Shown here: in pieces, positions 8,121-15,573 of the stretch
Numbering within the stretch: position 1 is the first letter of the stretch
How the letters are laid out: every line of letters begins with the position of its first letter
Origin: Desulfobulbus propionicus DSM 2032
Lineage (GTDB): Bacteria; Desulfobacterota; Desulfobulbia; Desulfobulbales; Desulfobulbaceae
DNA length: 32,000 bases
Direction: 5' to 3'
NCBI RefSeq assembly: GCF_000186885.1
Contig: NC_014972.1
Coordinates: 1,950,001 to 1,982,000, forward strand
Notes under the pieces: model-generated
What the model was told of the DNA's origin: nothing
Seen by the model: the letters and a program-made list of their open reading frames with translations, nothing else
Database searches by the model: none
Translations under genes and position numbers: made by a program

Positions 8121-8133
8121 TATCAAATTGTTG
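8121..8133. promoter_or_regulatory. IHF-binding-site consensus match
   Basis: TATCAAATTGTTG fits WATCAANNNNTTR at every specified position. It lies in an AT-rich patch 40-52 nt upstream of the -24 element, the usual place for IHF at sigma-54 promoters. Confidence 0.45.
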
Positions 8134-8324
8134 CTTGAACATTCCTCGGAAATGAACGGAAACGGTGCTTCCGCCTCGCTTTCCGGGATGAAAGACAGGG
8201 GACAGTGCGAACCAAAAAAGATCACGACAAGAAAAGCCAATGAACGATGGAAAAACAGGAAGAAGGACAACAAGCTGCTGACAGTGCGACCAGATGAGGA
8301 CAGCAGTTATATTGGGCTGAAACA

Positions 8325-8353
8325 AACACTTTTAGAATGCATTCCAAAGTGTT
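8325..8353. repeat. 29-nt nested palindrome AACACTTT-TA-GAATGCATTC-C-AAAGTGTT
   Basis: The outer 8-bp arms are exact reverse complements. The inner 10-mer GAATGCATTC is self-complementary. It lies ~250-290 bp upstream of the -24/-12 promoter. Confidence 0.6.
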
Positions 8354-8542
8354 GCGTCGACAGGGAAGGGAAGGATGCTGCCGTTGTCCACATTAGAGGA
8401 GGGGGAGTCCGATAAAATGGACACTCCTCCCAGGAGACGGACACGAAAGAGGTGGGGGCAGGGGGCGCACGATGGGCAAGACGTTCCAACACTTGCGCGG
8501 CCGGAGAACTGCCGCCTGAAGAAGGGGAAACGGCATGGAAAC

Positions 8543-8580
8543 AAAAACGGCCAGTCAACCTTGTGTTGACTGGCCGTTTT
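8543..8580 (-). terminator. Rho-independent terminator (bidirectional shape) immediately 3' of tRNA-Ser
   Basis: AAAAACGGCCAGTCAA-ccttgtg-TTGACTGGCCGTTTT. The stem is a perfect 12 bp (ACGGCCAGTCAA/TTGACTGGCCGT). It has a T-run on the minus strand (TTTTTG) and also on the plus strand (TTTT). It starts 9 nt after the tRNA 3' end. Confidence 0.8.
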
Positions 8581-8588
8581 ACTAAAAA

Positions 8589-8674
8589 TGGCGGAGAAGG
8601 AGAGATTCGAACTCTCGGTACTCTCGTACACACGCGTTCCAGGCGTGCACCTTAAACCACTCGGTCACCTCTCC
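8589..8674 (-). tRNA. tRNA-Ser (anticodon GGA), CCA encoded
   Basis: The minus strand reads GGAGAGGTGACCGAGTGGTTTAAGGTGCACGCCTGGAACGCGTGTGTACGAGAGTACCGAGAGTTCGAATCTCTCCTTCTCCGCCA. It has a 7-bp acceptor stem, anticodon loop CTGGAAC, a long variable arm (type II tRNA) and T-loop TTCGAAT. Confidence 0.93.
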
Positions 8675-8726
8675 GTGATAGGCAGGATCACGGCGCCGGT
8701 CGCAGACCCGTCCGACGTGGAAGCCT

Positions 8727-8755
8727 TTATTATCCCGCAAGCCGTTTTTTGACAA
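8727..8755 (-). promoter_or_regulatory. Possible sigma-70 type promoter for tRNA-Ser
   Basis: The minus strand reads TTGTCA-N17-TAATAA (or TTGTCA-N15-GATAAT). It lies ~50-80 nt upstream of the tRNA 5' end. Motif match only. Confidence 0.35.
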
Positions 8756-8763
8756 CAGAAAAA

Positions 8764-9270
8764 TTAACGCCTGCCGCGAAAAAAATCCCGCAGCAGGTTG
8801 CCGCATTCCTCCGCGCAGACACCGCCAGTGACGGAAAAGCCGTGATTGAGCAGCCCATCGCTGCCGATGCGGTATTTAGAGACGATTGCCCCGCCCTTGG
8901 GATCAGTGGCGCCGAACACCAATCGGGCGATGCGGGCGTGAACCATCAGGGCCGCGCACATGGGGCAAGGCTCGAGGGTCACATAGAGGGTCAGGCCGGG
9001 CAAACGGTAATTGCCGACCACCTGCGCCGCCCGGCGCAGCACCACCATTTCGGCGTGTCCGGAGGGGTCGGAGGCACCAATGCAGTTGTTGCCCGCCTCG
9101 GCCAGGATCGCCCCCTGCGCGTCGATGGCCACCGCGCCCACCGGAACCTCGCCCGCCTCGGCTGCCTGCCGTGCCTGCACAAGGGCCCGGCGCATCAGCT
9201 GCATGTCAATGGGCTCCGCAAGCATCGCTTGCCGGGATGCGTCCAACCTGGTCACCATTCCCCCCGACAT
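8764..9270 (-). CDS. tadA: tRNA-specific adenosine deaminase TadA
   Basis: CDA zinc motifs HAEMVVL and PCPMCAALM. The typical TadA N-terminus MRRALVQARQAAEAGEVPVGAV is present. The track start 9333 would overlap the upstream gene. ATG 9270 (GAGG 3 nt upstream) or ATG 9258 is more likely. Confidence 0.88.
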   Translation of the reverse strand: MSGGMVTRLDASRQAMLAEPIDMQLMRRALVQARQAAEAGEVPVGAVAIDAQGAILAEAGNNCIGASDPSGHAEMVVLRRAAQVVGNYRLPGLTLYVTLEPCPMCAALMVHARIARLVFGATDPKGGAIVSKYRIGSDGLLNHGFSVTGGVCAEECGNLLRDFFRGRR

Positions 9271-9275
9271 CGACC

Positions 9276-10220
9276 TCAATAGGCCTTTACCGGCGAAACA
9301 AAACCGCCCGGTTTCAAGGCGAGCAGGGCACATTCAAGCTCATCCATGATATTTTCGGCGGTGTTGCCCATCAGATAGCCGAAAATGCCGGTGCGGGCCA
9401 CCGTGCCCATGACCAAAATGTCAACGTGCTTGCTTTTGACAAAAAATGGGATCATTTTTTCCGCCCGTCCCCGCAACCGGTGGACCTCAAAGGAGCCGCC
9501 AATGCCCGAGGCCTCGATCACCAGGTTCAGTTCCGCCTGATGGGAGGTTTGGGCGGTCTGCACCGTGTTGCGCATGGTGTCTTCCGGGATGTCCACGCGC
9601 GTGTTGCCGCGCAGATAGCGTTCAAATTCAAAATCCCAGCAAGAGAGAATGTCGAGTTCGCCGCTGCAGGTATCGGCCAGGGAACGGGCGTGTTGCAGCA
9701 GACGGATCGAGAGATCGCGTTCCGCGGTTTCCCGATTGCCGGGATTGACGGCGACCGCTACCCGGATCTCCTTGCGCGATCGGGTAATCGGCCGAGCCAG
9801 CCACACCGGACAGGGGCATTTGCGCAGCAGGGTCATGTCCAGGGAGGTGAAGCCCTTGCCGCCCTCTCCCCTGGGTTCGGCCTCTTTGATCAACAGGTCG
9901 TGGCCGTTGCGCAGTTGGTGGCGGATGATGCTCACCGCCGGCGGTTCATCGCCGCTCGCCAATTCGACGTCGACCACGGCCTCGGACGCATCCAGGTTCA
10001 AGGCGGCCCGGGCCTCGCGGAGGGCCACTTCCACCTGTTCCTCCATGAATTGCCGATACTTTTCCCGATACATCTCGTGGCTGCCCGGCAGTTGCGGAAA
10101 AACGAGCAGATATTTGAGCGCTGCCTGGTTGTTGCGCGCCAGGCTGAGGGCCTGTTTCAGGCCTTCGATGTCGTCACTGATGCCGGTGCTGGCATAGAGG
10201 ATATGACGAAAGTTGTGCAT
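9276..10220 (-). CDS. Tandem universal stress protein (UspE-like, two Usp domains)
   Basis: 314 aa with two Usp-like halves. The C-terminal half carries an ATP-motif-like VMGTVARTGIFGYLMGNTAENI. AAGGAG lies 7 nt upstream of ATG 10220. Confidence 0.85.
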   Translation of the reverse strand: MHNFRHILYASTGISDDIEGLKQALSLARNNQAALKYLLVFPQLPGSHEMYREKYRQFMEEQVEVALREARAALNLDASEAVVDVELASGDEPPAVSIIRHQLRNGHDLLIKEAEPRGEGGKGFTSLDMTLLRKCPCPVWLARPITRSRKEIRVAVAVNPGNRETAERDLSIRLLQHARSLADTCSGELDILSCWDFEFERYLRGNTRVDIPEDTMRNTVQTAQTSHQAELNLVIEASGIGGSFEVHRLRGRAEKMIPFFVKSKHVDILVMGTVARTGIFGYLMGNTAENIMDELECALLALKPGGFVSPVKAY

Positions 10221-10276
10221 GTAAGTGCTCCTTGTCTCAAAAAAATGCGGGAAGCGCCCTGCGGTGCGGGCGTGCT

Positions 10277-12019
10277 TCAGAGGGGGTCAACCATCTTTCC
10301 CGGCGGGATGCATTCGCAGCCGGGCAATTGTTCCACGTTGTCGGGGGAAAAAATTAGGGTCACCAGACCGGCGTCGCTCCCTGAGGCAACGAGAAACGGC
10401 CCCAGCCGGGCGGGCGGCCCGCTTTTCGCCGCTTCGACCAGGGCGGCCAGCGTTCTGTCGGGGTCCGACGGACAGGTCAGGGTGAAAAAACCACACAACT
10501 GGCCAATGGTGTGATCGGCGCGGAAAGCGATCCGTTGTCCCGGTGTCAGGATAACCGGCTCGGCGCAGGTATCAAAGAGACAATCGAGCAATGGCTTGAC
10601 CTTTCGCCGCATGGCCACGAAAACCTGGTCGCCGGGCTCAAGCACGGTCCGTCCCCGGGGCATGATCACCTCGCTGCCGCGAACCACCAGGGTCACGGTC
10701 ACCTCGTAGGGCAGGGCGAGGTCGCGCAGGGCCTTGCCGGCCACAGGCGAGTGGGCGCCGACCCGGTACTCCACAATCTCGCCGTCCACATGGCGCAGCG
10801 CATTGATTTCAACGGTGAGCGGCGAGGTCGATTCGATCCGTACCCCCAATTTCAGCCAGCGGGCGACCAGGGGCAGGGACCAGCCCTGGGTGATTGCCGA
10901 CACCAGGACGACAAAAAAGACGACGTTGAAGATCAGCCCGCCGCCTTCCATGCCCGCCAGCAGCGGAAAGGTGGCCAGGGTGATGGGCACGGCCCCCTTG
11001 AGTCCCACCCAGGAGAGAAAGGACAACTCCCGCAGGTTAAAGCGAAACCAAAAGGCCGAACAGGCCACCGCCACCGGGCGGGCGAGGAAAATCAGCACCA
11101 GGGCGATCACCAGTCCATCCATGGCCACCTCGACCAGCCGGCTGGGAAAGCTGAGCATCCCTAGCATGACGAAAAGCACGATCTGCCCCAGCCAGGCGGC
11201 GGCGTCGTGAAACAGAAAAATGCCATTGCGGTAGACCAGCGAACTGTTGCCCAGCACAATGCCGGCGATGTAGACCGCGAGAAAGCCGCTGCCGCCGAGA
11301 ACCGCCGCCAGGCCAAAAGCCAGCAGTCCGAAGGCCAGCACCAGAATGGGATAGAGTCCGGGGTAATCGAGATTGCTGCGATTGACCACCCAGGCGGCCC
11401 CATAGCCGATTCCGATGCCCACCAGGCCGCCGACTCCGAACTGGAGCACGAACAGCAGCAGGATACCGGGCACGGAATCGGCCGTTCCCATGATCAGGCC
11501 AATCAACCCGACGGTGAGAAAAATGGCCATGGGGTCGTTGGAGCCGCTCTCCACCTCCAGGGTGGCGGTCAGGCGCCGGGACAGGCGCAGGCCGCTGGTG
11601 CGGAGAATGGAGAACACCGCCGCCGCGTCGGTGGAGCCGACGATGGCTCCCAACAGCATGCCGTGCAGCACCGGGACCTCGAGGACCCAGGACGCGGCAA
11701 GGCCGGTGAAGACCGAGGTCAGCAGCACGCCCAGGGTTGACAGGGATAGCGCCGGTCGCCAGGCCGCATGCACCGAGCGCACCGAGGTCCGCAGGCCGCC
11801 GTCGAACAGAATCAAGGCCAAGGCCACGCTGCCGATGCTGTTGGCGAAATGGTAATCTTCAAAGGCAATGCCGCCCAGCCCCTCCGAGCCGGCCAACATG
11901 CCCACGCCCAGGAACAGCACCAGGACCGGCATGCCGATCCGGGCCGAGAATTTGCTGGAACCGATGCCAAGCAGCAGCAGGACACCGGTCACAAACACGA
12001 TTGTGTTGATGGAAAACAT
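10277..12019 (-). CDS. nhaP2: K+/H+ antiporter, NhaP2/CvrA type (CPA1 membrane domain plus C-terminal RCK_C/TrkA-C)
   Basis: The N-terminus is collinear with CvrA-type proteins (FSARIGMPVLVLFLGVGMLAGSEGLGGIAFEDYHFANSIGSVALALILFDGGLRT). It is multi-pass hydrophobic and has a C-terminal TrkA-C-like segment (GEIVEYRVGAHSPVAGKALRDLALP). The track start 12046 is a TTG, so ATG 12019 (MFSINT) is preferred. Confidence 0.87.
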   Translation of the reverse strand: MFSINTIVFVTGVLLLLGIGSSKFSARIGMPVLVLFLGVGMLAGSEGLGGIAFEDYHFANSIGSVALALILFDGGLRTSVRSVHAAWRPALSLSTLGVLLTSVFTGLAASWVLEVPVLHGMLLGAIVGSTDAAAVFSILRTSGLRLSRRLTATLEVESGSNDPMAIFLTVGLIGLIMGTADSVPGILLLFVLQFGVGGLVGIGIGYGAAWVVNRSNLDYPGLYPILVLAFGLLAFGLAAVLGGSGFLAVYIAGIVLGNSSLVYRNGIFLFHDAAAWLGQIVLFVMLGMLSFPSRLVEVAMDGLVIALVLIFLARPVAVACSAFWFRFNLRELSFLSWVGLKGAVPITLATFPLLAGMEGGGLIFNVVFFVVLVSAITQGWSLPLVARWLKLGVRIESTSPLTVEINALRHVDGEIVEYRVGAHSPVAGKALRDLALPYEVTVTLVVRGSEVIMPRGRTVLEPGDQVFVAMRRKVKPLLDCLFDTCAEPVILTPGQRIAFRADHTIGQLCGFFTLTCPSDPDRTLAALVEAAKSGPPARLGPFLVASGSDAGLVTLIFSPDNVEQLPGCECIPPGKMVDPL

Positions 12020-12074
12020 ACTCCTCGAATCAGGTTGACGGTTCAATCAGTTGTTGATGGAACCCATGGAATGT

Positions 12075-12103
12075 CTTTACCTTTGCCATGACCAGAGGTA
12101 AAG
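12075..12103. repeat. Inverted repeat CTTTACCT-N13-AGGTAAAG in the divergent intergenic region
   Basis: Perfect 8-bp arms at 12075..12082 and 12096..12103. It lies between the antiporter start (12019, minus) and the EBP start (12162, plus). Confidence 0.55.
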
Positions 12104-12161
12104 TTACAAAAAAGATATTGCAACCACGTAATTGAAATTCAGCCAACCTCGGGGGCAGATC

Positions 12162-13541
12162 ATGGAAGACAAAAAAGCCGCAGTTCTTGCCTATAAATGT
12201 CCGCCGGAAAGCAGGTTAAGCATCGAGGCCGCCCTGGCGGCTCAGTGCGATCTCACCTTTCACAACGATCCCCAACAGTTTCAGCACGAGGTCAGCAAAA
12301 AACCCTATGACATCATTTTCATGAATTTTCAGCCGGAAAAAGGCAAGAAAATGGGGTTGCTGCAAAAAATCCAGGAGCATGTTCCCTCGACGCCGGTGAT
12401 CATCACCTGCGAATCCGAGGATTCGGTCCATATCGATAAAAATCAGGAGCCGATCATCTACGATGTGCTCAGCCACCCCCTCTCCCCGGGCCGGGTCAAA
12501 CGGACGGTGCGGCAGGCGCTGCACAAGCGGCAGCAGGAGCGGGAACTGGACTATCTCCGCCGCACCCAGGACATCGTCTACAGCTTTGACCGGATCATTG
12601 CCGAGAGCGACAGCTTCAAGGCGGTGATCAAGAGCCTGAAGAAATTCGCTTCCACCGACGCCACGATCCTGATCACCGGCAGCACCGGAACCGGCAAAAG
12701 CTTTCTTTCCGGCACGGTCCACTACAACTCACCGCGCCGTAACCGACCCTTCATCAAGATCAACTGCGCCAACATTCCGGAAACCCTTTTGGAATCCGAA
12801 CTGTTCGGCCATGAAAAAGGGGCGTTCACCGGCGCCGACAAGCAGCGCATCGGCCGTTTCGAGCAGGCGGACGGCGGCACCGTTTTTCTTGACGAAATCG
12901 GCGAGATTCCCCTGGAGATCCAGGCCAAGTTGCTGCGGGTGCTGGAAGAAAAGTCGTTTGAACGGGTCGGCGGCAACAAGACCATCAGGGTGGACGTGCG
13001 GCTCATCACCGCCACCAACAGGGATCTGCAGGCCTTGATCGCCGCCGGCAAATTCCGCGAGGACCTTTACTATCGCATCAGCGTCCTGCCGGTCCATCTG
13101 CCGCAGCTCAAGGAGCGGCCCCGCTGTCTGGTGCCGCTGGCCAACAAACTGCTGGAGAAATCGGCGGCCTCGCTCAACAAGCGCCACATCACCGGCTTTA
13201 CCCCCGAGGTCCTGGCCATGATCCAGGGCTATGAGTGGCCGGGCAATATCCGCCAGCTGGCCAACACCATTGAACGCGCGGTTATCCTTGAAGAAGGGGA
13301 GCTGATCGGCCTATCCTCGATCCATATTCCGGAAATGGGACGAACCGCCGCGCCTCTCATCCAGGAGATCGAACCGCTGGCCGTCCATGAACGCGAACTG
13401 ATCCTCAAGGCGCTGACCGACAATCTGTGGGTACAGAAGGATGCGGCCCGCAGCCTGGGCATCAGTCCGCGGGCGCTGAACTACAAAATCAAGAAATTCG
13501 GCATCACCCACCAAAACTGGCGTAAACACCGAAAGGAATGA
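12162..13541 (+). CDS. Sigma-54-dependent transcriptional activator (EBP) with degenerate, non-phosphorylatable receiver-like N-domain
   Basis: AAA+ sigma-54 interaction domain: Walker A GSTGTGKS, GAFTGA loop (GHEKGAFTGA), FLDEIGE, YEWPGNIRQL. C-terminal Fis-type HTH (AARSLGISPRALNYKIKKFGI). The track start is TTG 12132. ATG 12162 is preceded by GGGGG 6 nt upstream. Confidence 0.9.
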   Translation: MEDKKAAVLAYKCPPESRLSIEAALAAQCDLTFHNDPQQFQHEVSKKPYDIIFMNFQPEKGKKMGLLQKIQEHVPSTPVIITCESEDSVHIDKNQEPIIYDVLSHPLSPGRVKRTVRQALHKRQQERELDYLRRTQDIVYSFDRIIAESDSFKAVIKSLKKFASTDATILITGSTGTGKSFLSGTVHYNSPRRNRPFIKINCANIPETLLESELFGHEKGAFTGADKQRIGRFEQADGGTVFLDEIGEIPLEIQAKLLRVLEEKSFERVGGNKTIRVDVRLITATNRDLQALIAAGKFREDLYYRISVLPVHLPQLKERPRCLVPLANKLLEKSAASLNKRHITGFTPEVLAMIQGYEWPGNIRQLANTIERAVILEEGELIGLSSIHIPEMGRTAAPLIQEIEPLAVHERELILKALTDNLWVQKDAARSLGISPRALNYKIKKFGITHQNWRKHRKE

Positions 13542-13566
13542 ACACCGAAAAGAATGGCCGCCGGCC

Positions 13567-13977
13567 TTAATGCAGGTGGCCGCCGGTGCTTGACATGGTC
13601 AGGTTGCCGTTCTTGACCCCGCGCAAGGCAATGAGCTGTTCCGCCAGCTCGCGCACCTGCGAGGCCCGGCCCTTGACAATGGTCACCTCAAGGCAGTTGT
13701 CATGATCCATGTGCACATGGGTGGTCGAGGTGATCTGGTGGTGGTAGTCGTGTTGCAGCTCGGTGATCTTTTCCTGGAGCTGCGGCTGATGGTGGTTGTA
13801 GACCAGGGTCACCACCCCCACCACCTCGCTGTCCTGCTCCCATTCCTCGTTGACCAACATCTTGCGGATCAGGTCGCGCACCGCCTCGGAACGATTGGAA
13901 TAGCCACGGGGCCGAATATAGTCGTCGAACTGAGCAAGCAGTTTTTCATCCAGTGAAACCGAAAATCGCTTGAGCAT
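13567..13977 (-). CDS. nikR: Nickel-responsive regulator NikR
   Basis: N-terminal ribbon-helix-helix (RFSVSLDEKLLAQFDDYI...YSNRSEAVRDLIR). C-terminal His/Cys-rich nickel-site region (HHQITSTTHVHMDHDNCLEV). 136 aa. Confidence 0.88.
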   Translation of the reverse strand: MLKRFSVSLDEKLLAQFDDYIRPRGYSNRSEAVRDLIRKMLVNEEWEQDSEVVGVVTLVYNHHQPQLQEKITELQHDYHHQITSTTHVHMDHDNCLEVTIVKGRASQVRELAEQLIALRGVKNGNLTMSSTGGHLH

Positions 13978-13982
13978 GGCTA

Positions 13983-15401
13983 TCAGATTCCTTTTTCCAG
14001 ATCCTTGAGTTTATCGAGCAGAGCCCGGGCTTCAATGCGCATCTGTTCCGGTACATTCGTTTCCTTGGAGGCGCGGGTCAGGTACTGCTTGGCAAGTTTG
14101 ATCTTGCCCCTGTAGAGGTTGTACTTGCCCAGGTAAAAGACGGACGCCCCTTCCTTGCCCCGGCTGGACTCGATCTGCCCCAGATCGAAATAAAGCTGAG
14201 GAAACTCGGGCATGGCTGCCGCCACCCGCTGCAGCAGCTGCTCGGCCCGGGCGGTGCTGCCGCGCATCAATTCCATCTTGGCCAACTGATAGAGACCGTA
14301 CATATCGGTCGGATCGCGCTTGACCGCCTGTTCGAGGAGCGTGCGCGCCTCGTCCATCCGACCGGCCTGGATGAAAAGAACCGCGCGGTCGATGTCGAGA
14401 ATCGTCTCGCGCGGGTACTGCTCCTGGACGGTGGCCAGATGCTGCAGGGCCTGGTCGAATTTGCGTTCCTCGGCTGCCAGCAAGGCCAGGCCGAAATGAG
14501 CCAGGGTCCGATCTTCCACTTTCGTGGCCGAGGCCAGGGTATTGACGCAGTAAATCCGCAGTTTTTCGTGATCGATGGCCTGCATCAGCACCCGATATTT
14601 GAAGCGGAGAAATTTGAAATTATCGGTTGTGTCGTACGCTGCCCCCGTTTTTTGTTTTTCCAATTCCAGCAGTGATGCAACATAGCCCAGCCGGGCCTCC
14701 GGATTGGGGTGGGTCAGGAGATACTGGGGGGTTTCGCTGCCCATGCGGTAGCGGGTGATCCGCCGCATGACCCGCAGCATGTCCTCCATGGCCGAGGGGT
14801 CGCGCCGCATCTGCTTCAGCCAGCCAAAGGACAGACGATCCGCCTGCTCCTCGTCCTCACGGCTGTACTGGAGGTTGATGGCCTGCCCGGCGGCCATCGA
14901 CCCCATCATCAAGCCCGGTGACAGCCCGGGAACGCCCATGGCCAGGCCCGCGACCGCCAGCAGCAGGGTGGCGGCGCTGACCTTGGAGCCCTTGTCCAGG
15001 CGCTGGGCGATATGCCGGCTGACCACATGGCCGATCTCATGGGCGAGCACGCTGAGCATCTGATCCTCGTTGTTCATGGTTTCGATCAGGCCAGTGTAAA
15101 AAAAGACCAAGCCGCCCGGGGCGGCGAAGGCGTTGAACTGATCGCTCTTGACCACGAAAAACCGGTAATCGAAATACTGCGGCCCGACGATCTGCAGGAC
15201 CTTGTTGCCCAGCGTATTGATATATTGGCTGATATCCGGTTCGTCGAGAATGGGCAGTTCCTTGCGGACCGAATAGAGCAGTTGGTCGCCGATCTTCCGT
15301 TCCTCGCCGATGCTCAGCGCCAGGGCCTTGAGGGGCAGGAGGACGTAGGCGCACAGGGAGAGGAGGGCGACGAGGCGAAAAAAACATGTTTTCCTGTTCA
15401 T
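13983..15401 (-). CDS. bepA: M48-family zinc metalloprotease with C-terminal TPR repeats (BepA/YfgC-like), secreted
   Basis: HEIGHVVSRH zinc motif. Collinear similarity to BepA (QYINTLGNKV...FNAFAAPGG...EEQADRLSF...LLTHPNPEARL). Signal peptide MNRKTCFFRLVALLSLCAYVLLPLKALA. TPR-like C-terminus. The track start 15410 is a GTG, so ATG 15401 is preferred. Confidence 0.85.
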   Translation of the reverse strand: MNRKTCFFRLVALLSLCAYVLLPLKALALSIGEERKIGDQLLYSVRKELPILDEPDISQYINTLGNKVLQIVGPQYFDYRFFVVKSDQFNAFAAPGGLVFFYTGLIETMNNEDQMLSVLAHEIGHVVSRHIAQRLDKGSKVSAATLLLAVAGLAMGVPGLSPGLMMGSMAAGQAINLQYSREDEEQADRLSFGWLKQMRRDPSAMEDMLRVMRRITRYRMGSETPQYLLTHPNPEARLGYVASLLELEKQKTGAAYDTTDNFKFLRFKYRVLMQAIDHEKLRIYCVNTLASATKVEDRTLAHFGLALLAAEERKFDQALQHLATVQEQYPRETILDIDRAVLFIQAGRMDEARTLLEQAVKRDPTDMYGLYQLAKMELMRGSTARAEQLLQRVAAAMPEFPQLYFDLGQIESSRGKEGASVFYLGKYNLYRGKIKLAKQYLTRASKETNVPEQMRIEARALLDKLKDLEKGI

Positions 15402-15573
15402 GGGGATCACCGATTGATTCGCGGAGTTGATCGAGCGGCGGCGGCAATGAAGTCAAGGTACCGCGTTCCGGATCCGCCGCAACCGCCGGTCATGTGTTTC
15501 CCGGGGGGCGAGGACCGTCCATCGCTGCGGCTTTTCCCTTTGATCGACCAACGGAAAAGACGCCTGGAAGCGG

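Noticed and set aside
8589-8674. tRNA-Ser as an integration site, which would make the adjacent che operon a genomic island.
   Set aside because: No integrase or recombinase gene is present. I spotted no direct repeat of the tRNA 3' end elsewhere in the window. The GC content and codon style of the che genes match the rest of the window. A whole-genome att-repeat search would be needed to revisit this.
8307-8806. ORFs 8307..8633, 8332..8631, 8452..8655 and 8582..8806 as coding genes.
   Set aside because: They run through the tRNA-Ser gene and its terminator, have no SD and give implausible translations. The tRNA explains the sequence.
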